A stretch of 36,868 nucleotides of DNA from a virus. Lineage: Duplodnaviria; Caudoviricetes. The DNA lies in the IMG/VR virus record IMGVR_UViG_3300012346_000058, positions 1-36,868 of that record, one strand, 5' to 3'. The notes below the pieces were generated by a model that worked only from the letters and a program-made list of their open reading frames with translations, searched no databases and was not told the DNA's origin. The position numbers were made by a program, and so were the translations under genes. Each line of letters opens with the position of its first letter. The first letter of the stretch is position 1. Of the stretch, positions 8,297 through 15,787 are shown one piece after another.

Positions 8297-8496
8297 TTCA
8301 CCCTCTTAATTGTGAACAACTCAAGACATTGACCCCTAACCCACTTGTCGGGGACAATCTCACCCGTTACAGGGTCACAATAGGCCATCTCTGGCCCGTA
8401 ATTGTTGCATTCGTACCAGTGCTGGCATATGGCACGTTCAGTGGCACTGAATGCCACTATGCCGGAGGACTTGAATTGGACTTCATATCTACTCAT
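8293..8496 (-). CDS. early hypothetical protein
   Basis: AAGGA RBS; ATGA overlap downstream. Confidence 0.6.
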   Translation of the reverse strand: MSRYEVQFKSSGIVAFSATERAICQHWYECNNYGPEMAYCDPVTGEIVPDKWVRGQCLELFTIKRVK

Positions 8497-8498
8497 GG

Positions 8499-8672
8499 TT
8501 AATCCTTTGCGAATGACGCTTTAAAGTCCCATTGAGGCCGTTCAGCCTTGGCCGCCTCTACCGCTTCCTTGCATGTGCGGTAAGCATTGGTTGACCATGC
8601 GTACCATAAGCCCGCAGGCTTTTTGAAGTACACATGGATTTTGCGTGGATAAACTTTGAAATCTGTTTTCAT
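8499..8672 (-). CDS. early hypothetical protein
   Basis: Start MKTDFKV after AAGGA RBS. Confidence 0.6.
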   Translation of the reverse strand: MKTDFKVYPRKIHVYFKKPAGLWYAWSTNAYRTCKEAVEAAKAERPQWDFKASFAKD

Positions 8673-8698
8673 GGTTAATTCCTTATCAGCGGCCAGCA

Positions 8699-9031
8699 TT
8701 AGCGGCAGGCCCACAATTCAGACAACGCATCGTCAAGGCCTAAATTATCCTTGAATGATGCCTCGGCACGCTCACCCCACCAGCCACCCTCGACAGTGCC
8801 TGTGCGAGTATTGACCCAGATATTAGGCCCACCGAATGCGACCAAAACCCGTGCGCCTAAGTATTCGCCCTTGCTATTGACAATGTACTCAATGTCCAAG
8901 GCATCTTGGAGGTAATCGAAGGCACTGAATTCACCTTCATTGTCAACGTCACGGCCTTCATTCCACTCGTCTGGTGGGCTTGTCAGGTTATCGGCGATTG
9001 ACTGAACATGGTTTTTAAGATCGTTGGACAT
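8699..9031 (-). CDS. early hypothetical protein
   Basis: ALDIEY...YLGARVLVAFGGPNIWVNT; AAAGGT RBS. Confidence 0.75.
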   Translation of the reverse strand: MSNDLKNHVQSIADNLTSPPDEWNEGRDVDNEGEFSAFDYLQDALDIEYIVNSKGEYLGARVLVAFGGPNIWVNTRTGTVEGGWWGERAEASFKDNLGLDDALSELWACR

Positions 9032-9084
9032 GGTTTACCTTTGAAGGATTGTGCCTGAACATCTCAGGCGGGATTTAGTGCGGT

Positions 9085-9134
9085 AGAATTGCACTCCAAT
9101 GGATTCTACACTAGAACCCATCAGGGTGGAATCT
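9085..9134 (-). promoter_or_regulatory. intergenic imperfect hairpin, RNase III-site-like
   Basis: GAUGGGUUCUA-GUG-UAGAAUCCAUU stem with extension; shares UUGGAGUGCA with the 9748-9793 hairpin. Confidence 0.5.
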
Positions 9135-9135
9135 T

Positions 9136-9339
9136 TCAACACCAAAAGCCAACCGTTTCACATTCTTTCATGTAAGCACAAAAAGCCCGGCATTGTGCTT
9201 CTGTCATTGGTTTAGCTTTGCTTTCCTCTAAAGTGTAGCTGTAACGGTCGCCTTGCTGTTGACCGTTGCCGATCCAGTCTACATACCATGTAGAACCATC
9301 GGCTTTTGTGCGCCATGCTGTGTGGTTTGCTGTGTTCAT
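9136..9339 (-). CDS. early hypothetical protein
   Basis: GAGGA RBS; 67 aa. Confidence 0.6.
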   Translation of the reverse strand: MNTANHTAWRTKADGSTWYVDWIGNGQQQGDRYSYTLEESKAKPMTEAQCRAFCAYMKECETVGFWC

Positions 9340-9342
9340 GGT

Positions 9343-9480
9343 TCATCCTCTCCAAGCCAGCAAGACACCGATAAAGGCGAACACGGCGACACAGGCCACG
9401 GCGATGATGATGCCCTGCACTGGTGACTCAGCAGGGGCGACCAGCGAAGCGACAGGTGGGATATATTGATGGTTAGACAT
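9343..9480 (-). CDS. early small membrane protein
   Basis: MSNHQY...GIIIAVACVAVFAFIGVLLAWRG; AAGGA RBS. Confidence 0.6.
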   Translation of the reverse strand: MSNHQYIPPVASLVAPAESPVQGIIIAVACVAVFAFIGVLLAWRG

Positions 9481-9491
9481 GGTGAGGTTCC

Positions 9492-9707
9492 TTAGTTGGT
9501 GATGGTGATTGTAGGTGTTGACAAGATGCGGATGCACTCTTTGAAGTGGTCAAAGACAATGAAGGGTTCGACATTCGCATCATTGCACATCTTTTCCATG
9601 AGTGCCTCGTGATCGTCACCAGCACGCCATGCCTCAATGCCCTTGTCAACGATGTGGTCACGGTACTGCATGAGTGCCGCCCACATCGAATATTCAACTT
9701 TATCCAT
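9492..9707 (-). CDS. early hypothetical protein
   Basis: GGAG RBS before MDKVEY. Confidence 0.6.
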   Translation of the reverse strand: MDKVEYSMWAALMQYRDHIVDKGIEAWRAGDDHEALMEKMCNDANVEPFIVFDHFKECIRILSTPTITITN

Positions 9708-9747
9708 GATGATCTCCATTCAGTGCATCGTCAGCGGGTGCTGACTG

Positions 9748-9793
9748 GACAGTGCACTCCAAAGCCCTGTGACGGGCTTTAGGCTGTACTGTC
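9748..9793 (-). promoter_or_regulatory. intergenic imperfect hairpin, RNase III-site-like
   Basis: GACAGUACA..AAAGCCC-GUCACA-GGGCUUU..UGCACUGUC. Confidence 0.5.
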
Positions 9794-9998
9794 AGGCTTG
9801 AGCTGTGTGGTGCTCGCGCAGTACCGATTCGATGTAATACAGCAAAGGGCGTGTGCGCTCAAGTTGACGCATTGAAGCCGCCGCCAGTGGCTCATTGTCT
9901 GAGTGCACAGCTTCGCGCAGTTCGCCCACACGTACCAACAAGGTGACGTGGAGTTCTTGCGCTTCTTCGAGTGTGAGGTTCAGTGTGACGTTTGACAT
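9792..9998 (-). CDS. first early gene, hypothetical
   Basis: AAAGGA RBS; first ORF of the left arm. Confidence 0.65.
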   Translation of the reverse strand: MSNVTLNLTLEEAQELHVTLLVRVGELREAVHSDNEPLAAASMRQLERTRPLLYYIESVLREHHTAQA

Positions 9999-10048
9999 GG
10001 TGTAATCCTTTAGTGTTACTGCCCTGCATCATTGCTTGGCATGTATGA

Positions 10049-10121
10049 ATTATATGAGGTTTTGACCTGTTTGGGCATCCGTCAATCATTTTCTTGCATT
10101 TAATTGTAACAATTTGTAACA
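10049..10121 (-). promoter_or_regulatory. probable early promoter region with upstream direct repeat
   Basis: TATAAT at 10049-10054, TTGACG at 10080-10085 (25-nt spacing, non-canonical), TGTAACAATTTGTAACA at 10105-10121. Confidence 0.5.
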
Positions 10122-10183
10122 AACTCTTTAAACGACCTCAGAGGCACGATCGACCCTTGCCCTACCCTACCCCTTGGCAGAAG

Positions 10184-10314
10184 TTATCCACACCAGTAGT
10201 GCTACTTGTCCACAGTTCTGACTCTTATATAAGACTAACAACCTGTGGATAACCTGGGCATGAATGTTGCTGTCCTGTGGATAACTTGACAGTGCTTGAA
10301 CAACCTGTGGATAA
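10184..10314. promoter_or_regulatory. cluster of five DnaA boxes around a TCTTATATAAGA palindrome
   Basis: TTATCCACA 10184-92, TTGTCCACA 10206-14, TGTGGATAA 10244-52, 10276-84 and 10306-14; palindrome at 10223-10234. Confidence 0.8.
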
Positions 10315-10358
10315 CTTTCATGGTGGTGGATGGAGTGGCTGAACGAAATGGCTGGATT

Positions 10359-10642
10359 GTGACTGCTTAGTCTAGGTTGTGACTGTTAAGTGTACGTTGT
10401 AGGTTCCTACATCATCTCTCACATCATTTGCCTGTAAAGTGACTCATCAGTCTGCAACGTGACTCAACAGTCTATAACTTACACTAACTGTCTGCATCGT
10501 GACTGACCAGTATGCACCATAACTGTGCAGTATACAATGTAACTGCTTAGACTATACAATGACAGATGAGTGCAGATAGCTACCGTTGAGTGCAGATAGT
10601 GACTGATCAGTAACTTTGTGACTACTTAGTAGGGGGGAGGGG
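10359..10642. repeat. degenerate 20-bp phased tandem array followed by a G-tract
   Basis: GTGACT-N4-AGT-type units on a 20-bp register from 10359 to 10618; GGGGGGAGGGG at 10632-10642. Confidence 0.8.
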
Positions 10643-10882
10643 TCAGGCTTATGAGTTTATCTTTGTAGGAGCCTGCAACGCGCACAAAAAAGGCCATAAA
10701 GGACTTAATTAGGGACAGATTAGACCTCAACCCTTAAAGCGCTAAGTAGTTGATAGACAAAGAAAAGTATAAGGACTAGACAAACCATAGTGTTTGCTAT
10801 CTAAGGGTGACGATTGCGGACACTGCAAGGAACGTTAGAGAAGTAACATATGTAAATATTTGTAACAAGATGAAGAAAAAGC

Positions 10883-10911
10883 TTGACAGATCAGCGTTTC
10901 CGTGGTATAAT
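10883..10911 (+). promoter_or_regulatory. consensus sigma70 promoter of the structural arm
   Basis: TTGACA-17 nt-TATAAT with a TGn extension; TGTAAATATTTGTAACA at 10851-10867 upstream. Confidence 0.85.
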
Positions 10912-11148
10912 ATACATATAAGGTAATGATAGTTGCTAAGAAGGTAATGGACTCTTAAGTGCTAACATGGAATCTGGACAGTTGATACAACGAATGTATA
11001 AGTTAAACTACTAACAGTTACTTATAACAAGTACTTATACTATAAGTGTTTAAGTTCTTAACTTATACGTTCCTTTAAAGTACTTTAAGTGCATAAGCAT
11101 TTGGTCTAAAAGTAGATAGGTTGTCTCCCTAAGAAAGGATAAAGACAA

Positions 11149-11520
11149 ATGGAAAACAATGAACAACAGGATGAACCTAAGCGTAAGATTGGTCGTCCAA
11201 AGAAGTCTGAGCTTAAAGAAATCAAAGAGAGTAGATCAGTAGGTCGTCCCAAAGGTGAGGCTGCTATCATCAATGAGTATAAGCTACGTATGCTTAACTC
11301 ACCTAAGAGTGCCAAGGTGCTTGAAGCCATTTACGATGCAGCTCTGAACGATGAACATAAGAACCAAGCTGCTGCATGGAAGCTGATTGTCGATAGGATT
11401 GTACCTGTGTCGTCCTTCGAGGCAGCAAAGCAGGGTGGCGGTGTCCCGAACATCTCCATCAACATTACAGGCTTGTCTACACCCTCTGTAAGCGCCGATG
11501 AGGACATAATTGATGTCTGA
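11149..11520 (+). CDS. terS: terminase small subunit (putative)
   Basis: Directly upstream of and overlapping terL; two GRPK motifs; INITGL C-terminal strand. Confidence 0.7.
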   Translation: MENNEQQDEPKRKIGRPKKSELKEIKESRSVGRPKGEAAIINEYKLRMLNSPKSAKVLEAIYDAALNDEHKNQAAAWKLIVDRIVPVSSFEAAKQGGGVPNISINITGLSTPSVSADEDIIDV

Positions 11521-12769
11521 ACTTAACTTTGCTTTACTTAACTGGCAGCAAGAGGTCTTTAAAGACTCTACCCGCTTTAAGGTAGTTGCTGCTGGTCGCC
11601 GCTGTGGTAAGTCCCGTCTGTCTGCTGTTACGCTGCTTATTGAGGCTTTAAACTGTCCTGAAGGCTCTGCTGTGATGTACATAGCACCTACCCTTGGACA
11701 GGCTAGAACAATTATCTGGGACTTGTTACATGACCTCGGAAGGCCAGTGATCAAGTCTTCACACATTAACAACTTAGAGATTACCCTTGTCAACGGAAGA
11801 AAGATATTGGTTAGAGGTGCTGATAACCCTGATAGTCTTCGTGGTGTGTCCCTTGTGTACGTGGTATTGGACGAATGTGCTTTCATTAAGCAGGAGATTT
11901 GGGAGAAGGTTATCCGTGCTGCTTTGTCGGACAAGAAAGGTAGGGCTTTGTTTATCTCTACTCCTTCTGGTCGTAATTGGTTCTACGATGTCTTTAAGCT
12001 AGGCAAAGAAGGTACTGATGAAGAGTGGAAAGCTTGGCACAAGACTACCGCTGATAACGAGACCATCGACCCTAAAGAGATTGAAGCAGCCAAGCGTACC
12101 TTGAGTAGCTTTGCTTTCAAGCAGGAATACCTGTCTAGCTTTGATACATCGGGTTCTGACATTTTCAAAGAAGAGTGGATCAAGAAAGGCCCAGAGCCTC
12201 GTGATGGTTCATACATTGTTGCCATTGACTTGGCAGGCTTTGAAGACATCTCAGATGGTTCCCAGAACAAGAAGAGACTAGATGAATCAGCTATCGCTAT
12301 CGTCAAGGTAACGGATAATGGTGATTGGTGGGTAAACAAGATTGAGCATGGACGTTGGGACATTAAAGATACCTGTATGCGTATCTTGAAGGTCATCAAA
12401 GAGTATCAGCCCTTGGCTATCGGTATTGAGAGAGGTACAGCTAAGAATGCTGCCTTGACCATCTTGCAAGACATGATGAGACAGTACAACACCTATGCTC
12501 ACATCCAGACTCTGACTCATGGAAATAAGAAGAAGACTGACCGTGTGATATGGGCCTTACAAGGGCGTATGGAGCACGGCAAGGTCACTCTTAACGAAGA
12601 TGGTGATTGGTCAGACTTTGAAGACCAGCTTTTACTATTTCCGACAAAAGGAGTGCATGACGACTTAGTAGACGCTTTAGCGTATATTGAGCAGTTAGCT
12701 CTTAATTCTTTTGTTCCTGACTACGAAGAAGATGATTTTGACGTTTATGATATAACGGTAGGCTATTGA
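11510..12769 (+). CDS. terL: terminase large subunit
   Basis: AGRRCGKS Walker A, VVLDE Walker B, ISTP, AIDLAG nuclease motif, HDDLVDA. Confidence 0.96.
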   Translation: MMSELNFALLNWQQEVFKDSTRFKVVAAGRRCGKSRLSAVTLLIEALNCPEGSAVMYIAPTLGQARTIIWDLLHDLGRPVIKSSHINNLEITLVNGRKILVRGADNPDSLRGVSLVYVVLDECAFIKQEIWEKVIRAALSDKKGRALFISTPSGRNWFYDVFKLGKEGTDEEWKAWHKTTADNETIDPKEIEAAKRTLSSFAFKQEYLSSFDTSGSDIFKEEWIKKGPEPRDGSYIVAIDLAGFEDISDGSQNKKRLDESAIAIVKVTDNGDWWVNKIEHGRWDIKDTCMRILKVIKEYQPLAIGIERGTAKNAALTILQDMMRQYNTYAHIQTLTHGNKKKTDRVIWALQGRMEHGKVTLNEDGDWSDFEDQLLLFPTKGVHDDLVDALAYIEQLALNSFVPDYEEDDFDVYDITVGY

Positions 12770-13215
12770 TGAAATCTTGTCCAAAGTGTAAAGAGTTAAA
12801 AGATGAGTCTTGTTTTTACAAAGATGATTCAAAAGTAGATAAGCTTTCGTCTTATTGTAAAGATTGTGCTAAAAAGAAAAGAATGACCAGATATGCAGAT
12901 AACAAAGAAGAAGAAAAGAAAGCTTTTCGTCAGCACTATCAAGTCAATAAAGAGCAATCACGGCGTTACAGCTTAAAAGCTCTTTATGGTCTTTCTTTGG
13001 AAGAGTATAACGAGATGCGAGAAGAACAGATGTTTTCTTGTCTGATCTGTAAAACGCATGAAGACGACACGGCCCGTGGTTTATTTGTAGACCATTGCCA
13101 CGACACAGGAAAAGTTCGGGGACTCTTATGCCAGCATTGCAACACAATGTTAGGAATGGCTAAAGATAATCAACTAATCCTTCAAGAAGCAATTAAGTAT
13201 CTAGCAAGGATGTAA
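12766..13215 (+). CDS. endonuclease VII-like free-standing homing endonuclease
   Basis: CPKC..YCKDC, LYGLSLEEY, CLIC, VDHCHDTGKVRGLLCQHCNTMLG; AT-rich. Confidence 0.88.
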   Translation: MMKSCPKCKELKDESCFYKDDSKVDKLSSYCKDCAKKKRMTRYADNKEEEKKAFRQHYQVNKEQSRRYSLKALYGLSLEEYNEMREEQMFSCLICKTHEDDTARGLFVDHCHDTGKVRGLLCQHCNTMLGMAKDNQLILQEAIKYLARM

Positions 13216-13219
13216 AACA

Positions 13220-15199
13220 ATGGATGACAACTTAGAACAAAGTCAGTATGACGAACCCACAGAGTCGGACAAGGAACTGACTGATTGGGTTGTCTCCCAC
13301 ACTGACAAGTGGCGCGACTATCGTGACCAGAACTATCTCGAAGCATGGCTTGAGTACGAGCGTATCTTCCGTGGTCAGTGGGCCGCTGAAGACAAGACTC
13401 GTGACAGTGAGCGCAGCCGTATTATCTCCCCTGCTACTCAGCAGGCTATCGAGACTCGACACGCTGAGATCATGGAAGCTATCTTCGGTCAAGGTGAGTG
13501 GTTTGACATTGAGGATGACATCAAGGACGTTAACGGTAACCCGTTGGATGTCGAGATGATCAAGAATCAGTTGATGGAAGACTTTAACCGTGACAAGATT
13601 AAGAAGGCCATTGATCAGATTGAACTGATGGCTGAAATCTACGGTACAGGTATTGGTGAGATCGCTGTTAAGACTGAAAAGGAGTATGCTCCATCTACTC
13701 AGTCCATTCCCGGCATTCAAGGACAAGCAGCTATCGGTGTGGTCGAGACTGACCGTATCGCTGTTAAGTTAGTGCCTGTTAACCCTAAAAACTTTATCAT
13801 TGATCCCAATGCAACTACCTTGGATGATTCTATGGGTTGTGCCATTGAGAAGTTCGTATCGATTCACAAGATCGTTGAAGGCATGGAACGTGGTATCTAC
13901 CGTAAGGTAGACATCGGTACTGATGGCCCGGATGATGATCTCGAAGCAACTGAAGAGCTGGTTAACTATCAAGATGGTCGTGTGCGTCTGCTGACATACT
14001 ACGGCTTGGTTCCTCGTGAGTACTTGGAGCAGTTGGAGAACGAAGAAGAGGTTGCTGACCTGTTCCCTGAAGACTCTCTGGCTGATGAGTATTGCGAATT
14101 GGTGGAAGCCATCATCGTTATCGCTAACGGTAGCAAGCTCCTGAAGGCAGAAGCTAACCCCTACATGATGAAGGATCGTCCTGTCATGTTGTACCAAGAC
14201 GATACAGTCCCCGGACGTGTGTGGGGTCGTGGTACAGCGGAGAAGGGCTACAACATGCAAAAGGCTATCGATGGTAGCTTGCGTATGGATAGTGATGCTC
14301 GTGCCCTTACAGCCGTTCCTATGATGGCTATGGACGCTACTCGCTTGCCTCGTGGTGCTAAGTTTGAGGTTAAGCCCGGTAAATCGTTCCTGACCAATGG
14401 CGATCCTAACCAGATTATGATGCCTTTGCGCTTCGGTACACCCGATGACTCGTCTGTACGTGCTTCTCAGAACTATGAGCGTCTGTTGTTGCAAGCTACA
14501 GGTACTGTTGACTCGGCAGGTATGCCTTCAGCAGCTCCTCGTGACGCTGGCGCAGGTGGTATGTCGATGGCTATGGCAGGCATCATCAAGAAGTACAAGC
14601 GTACATTGACGAACTTCCAAGAAGATTTCTTGATTCCGTTCATCAACAAGGCAGCTTGGCGCTACATGCAGTTCGATCCTGAGCGTTATCCCTCGGCTGA
14701 TGTGAAATTCATGCCTACAGCTACCTTGGGTATCTTGGCTCGTGAGTTTGAACAGCAGCAATTTATTGCTTTGTTGCAGACATTAGGCCCAGACACTCCT
14801 GTCTTGCCTCTGATTCTCAAGGGAATCTTGGGTAACAGCTCTCTGAGTAACCGAAATGAGCTGATTGCAGCCTTGGATCAGATGAGTCAGCCTAATCCTG
14901 AAGCTCAAGCTGTACAACAGCAGCAGCAACAGATGCAAACGGCCTTGTTACAAGCTCAGATTCAAGAGTTGCAAGCTAAGACTCAGAAGACTGGTGCTGA
15001 AGCGCAGCAGACAATGGTTGAAACTCAGCTTATGCCTGAAGAGTTACGAGTAAAGGTGGTTCAAGCCGCTGCTACTAACCTCGATCAGGATGCCGATTTC
15101 GCTAAACGTATGAAACTGGCTGATTTGATGCTCAAAGAGAAGGATATTGACTCTAACGAGCGTATCGCACTCGCACAGATGCAGAATCGTCAGCCTTAA
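13220..15199 (+). CDS. portal protein (P22-like, with Gln-rich C-terminal coiled-coil barrel)
   Basis: 659 aa after terL; IYGTGIG, WGRG; long Q-rich helical tail. Confidence 0.88.
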   Translation: MDDNLEQSQYDEPTESDKELTDWVVSHTDKWRDYRDQNYLEAWLEYERIFRGQWAAEDKTRDSERSRIISPATQQAIETRHAEIMEAIFGQGEWFDIEDDIKDVNGNPLDVEMIKNQLMEDFNRDKIKKAIDQIELMAEIYGTGIGEIAVKTEKEYAPSTQSIPGIQGQAAIGVVETDRIAVKLVPVNPKNFIIDPNATTLDDSMGCAIEKFVSIHKIVEGMERGIYRKVDIGTDGPDDDLEATEELVNYQDGRVRLLTYYGLVPREYLEQLENEEEVADLFPEDSLADEYCELVEAIIVIANGSKLLKAEANPYMMKDRPVMLYQDDTVPGRVWGRGTAEKGYNMQKAIDGSLRMDSDARALTAVPMMAMDATRLPRGAKFEVKPGKSFLTNGDPNQIMMPLRFGTPDDSSVRASQNYERLLLQATGTVDSAGMPSAAPRDAGAGGMSMAMAGIIKKYKRTLTNFQEDFLIPFINKAAWRYMQFDPERYPSADVKFMPTATLGILAREFEQQQFIALLQTLGPDTPVLPLILKGILGNSSLSNRNELIAALDQMSQPNPEAQAVQQQQQQMQTALLQAQIQELQAKTQKTGAEAQQTMVETQLMPEELRVKVVQAAATNLDQDADFAKRMKLADLMLKEKDIDSNERIALAQMQNRQP

Positions 15200-15225
15200 T
15201 AAACAAATGAAAGGAGTTTCCCCTC

Positions 15226-15465
15226 ATGGATAAGGAACTTCAAGTGTATTACGAAGAAACCTTCTCAACAATGTCCACCAAGGGGTGGGCGTTCTTGATT
15301 GAAGACTTCACCAAGTTAAAGCAAGAGCTAGACAATATCCGCACGGTCAAAGACGCACAATCTTTATCTTACCGTCAGGGCCAACTGGATATTCTAGACC
15401 TTCTTTTAAACCGCAAGAAGACTTGTGAAGAGATTTACGAACAGTTACAGCAGGAGGCACAGTAA
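15226..15465 (+). CDS. hypothetical protein of the head module
   Basis: TKGW...YRQGQLDIL; AAGGAG RBS. Confidence 0.75.
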   Translation: MDKELQVYYEETFSTMSTKGWAFLIEDFTKLKQELDNIRTVKDAQSLSYRQGQLDILDLLLNRKKTCEEIYEQLQQEAQ

Positions 15466-15707
15466 TGCGCCGCATGTTTGAGTTTGTTTGTGAAGATGGT
15501 CACATCTCCGAAGCGTTAGTTGATGAAACTGTCAGGGAACTCGCTTGTCGAGCCTGCGGTAAACCATCAACAAGAATTGTTTCTATGGTTCGTTCAAAGT
15601 TGGAAGGTATCTCTGGTGCTTTTCCTTCTGCGTATGACGCATGGGAACGTAAACGAAGTGAGAAGCTGGCGCAGGAGAGGAAAACCTCTTACGCTCAACC
15701 AGACTGA
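15465..15707 (+). CDS. FmdB-like zinc-ribbon protein
   Basis: MFEFVCEDGH...CRACGKPSTRIVS. Confidence 0.7.
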   Translation: MRRMFEFVCEDGHISEALVDETVRELACRACGKPSTRIVSMVRSKLEGISGAFPSAYDAWERKRSEKLAQERKTSYAQPD

Positions 15708-15787
15708 TCACTGCAAAACGGGTAGGTACTCTAAGTATCCACATTTCATAGTCCTATAATCTCAAAGAGAGACAGGAGAATAATAGT

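Noticed and set aside
9720-9760. Possible hammerhead ribozyme (CUGACGA on the minus strand)
   Set aside because: No downstream GAAA core after a stem II.
10124-10180. Loose resemblance between TTTAAACGACCTCAGAGG...CCCTACCCTACCCC and the GC-rich hairpins at 7304-7380
   Set aside because: The similarity is too weak to support by eye.
10286-10317. TTGACA between DnaA boxes as a rightward promoter
   Set aside because: No acceptable -10 at 16-18 nt spacing.
10359-10637. 20-bp array as a CRISPR or guide-RNA array
   Set aside because: The period is too short, there is no invariant repeat with unique spacers, and no Cas, Nop-domain or RT gene was seen.
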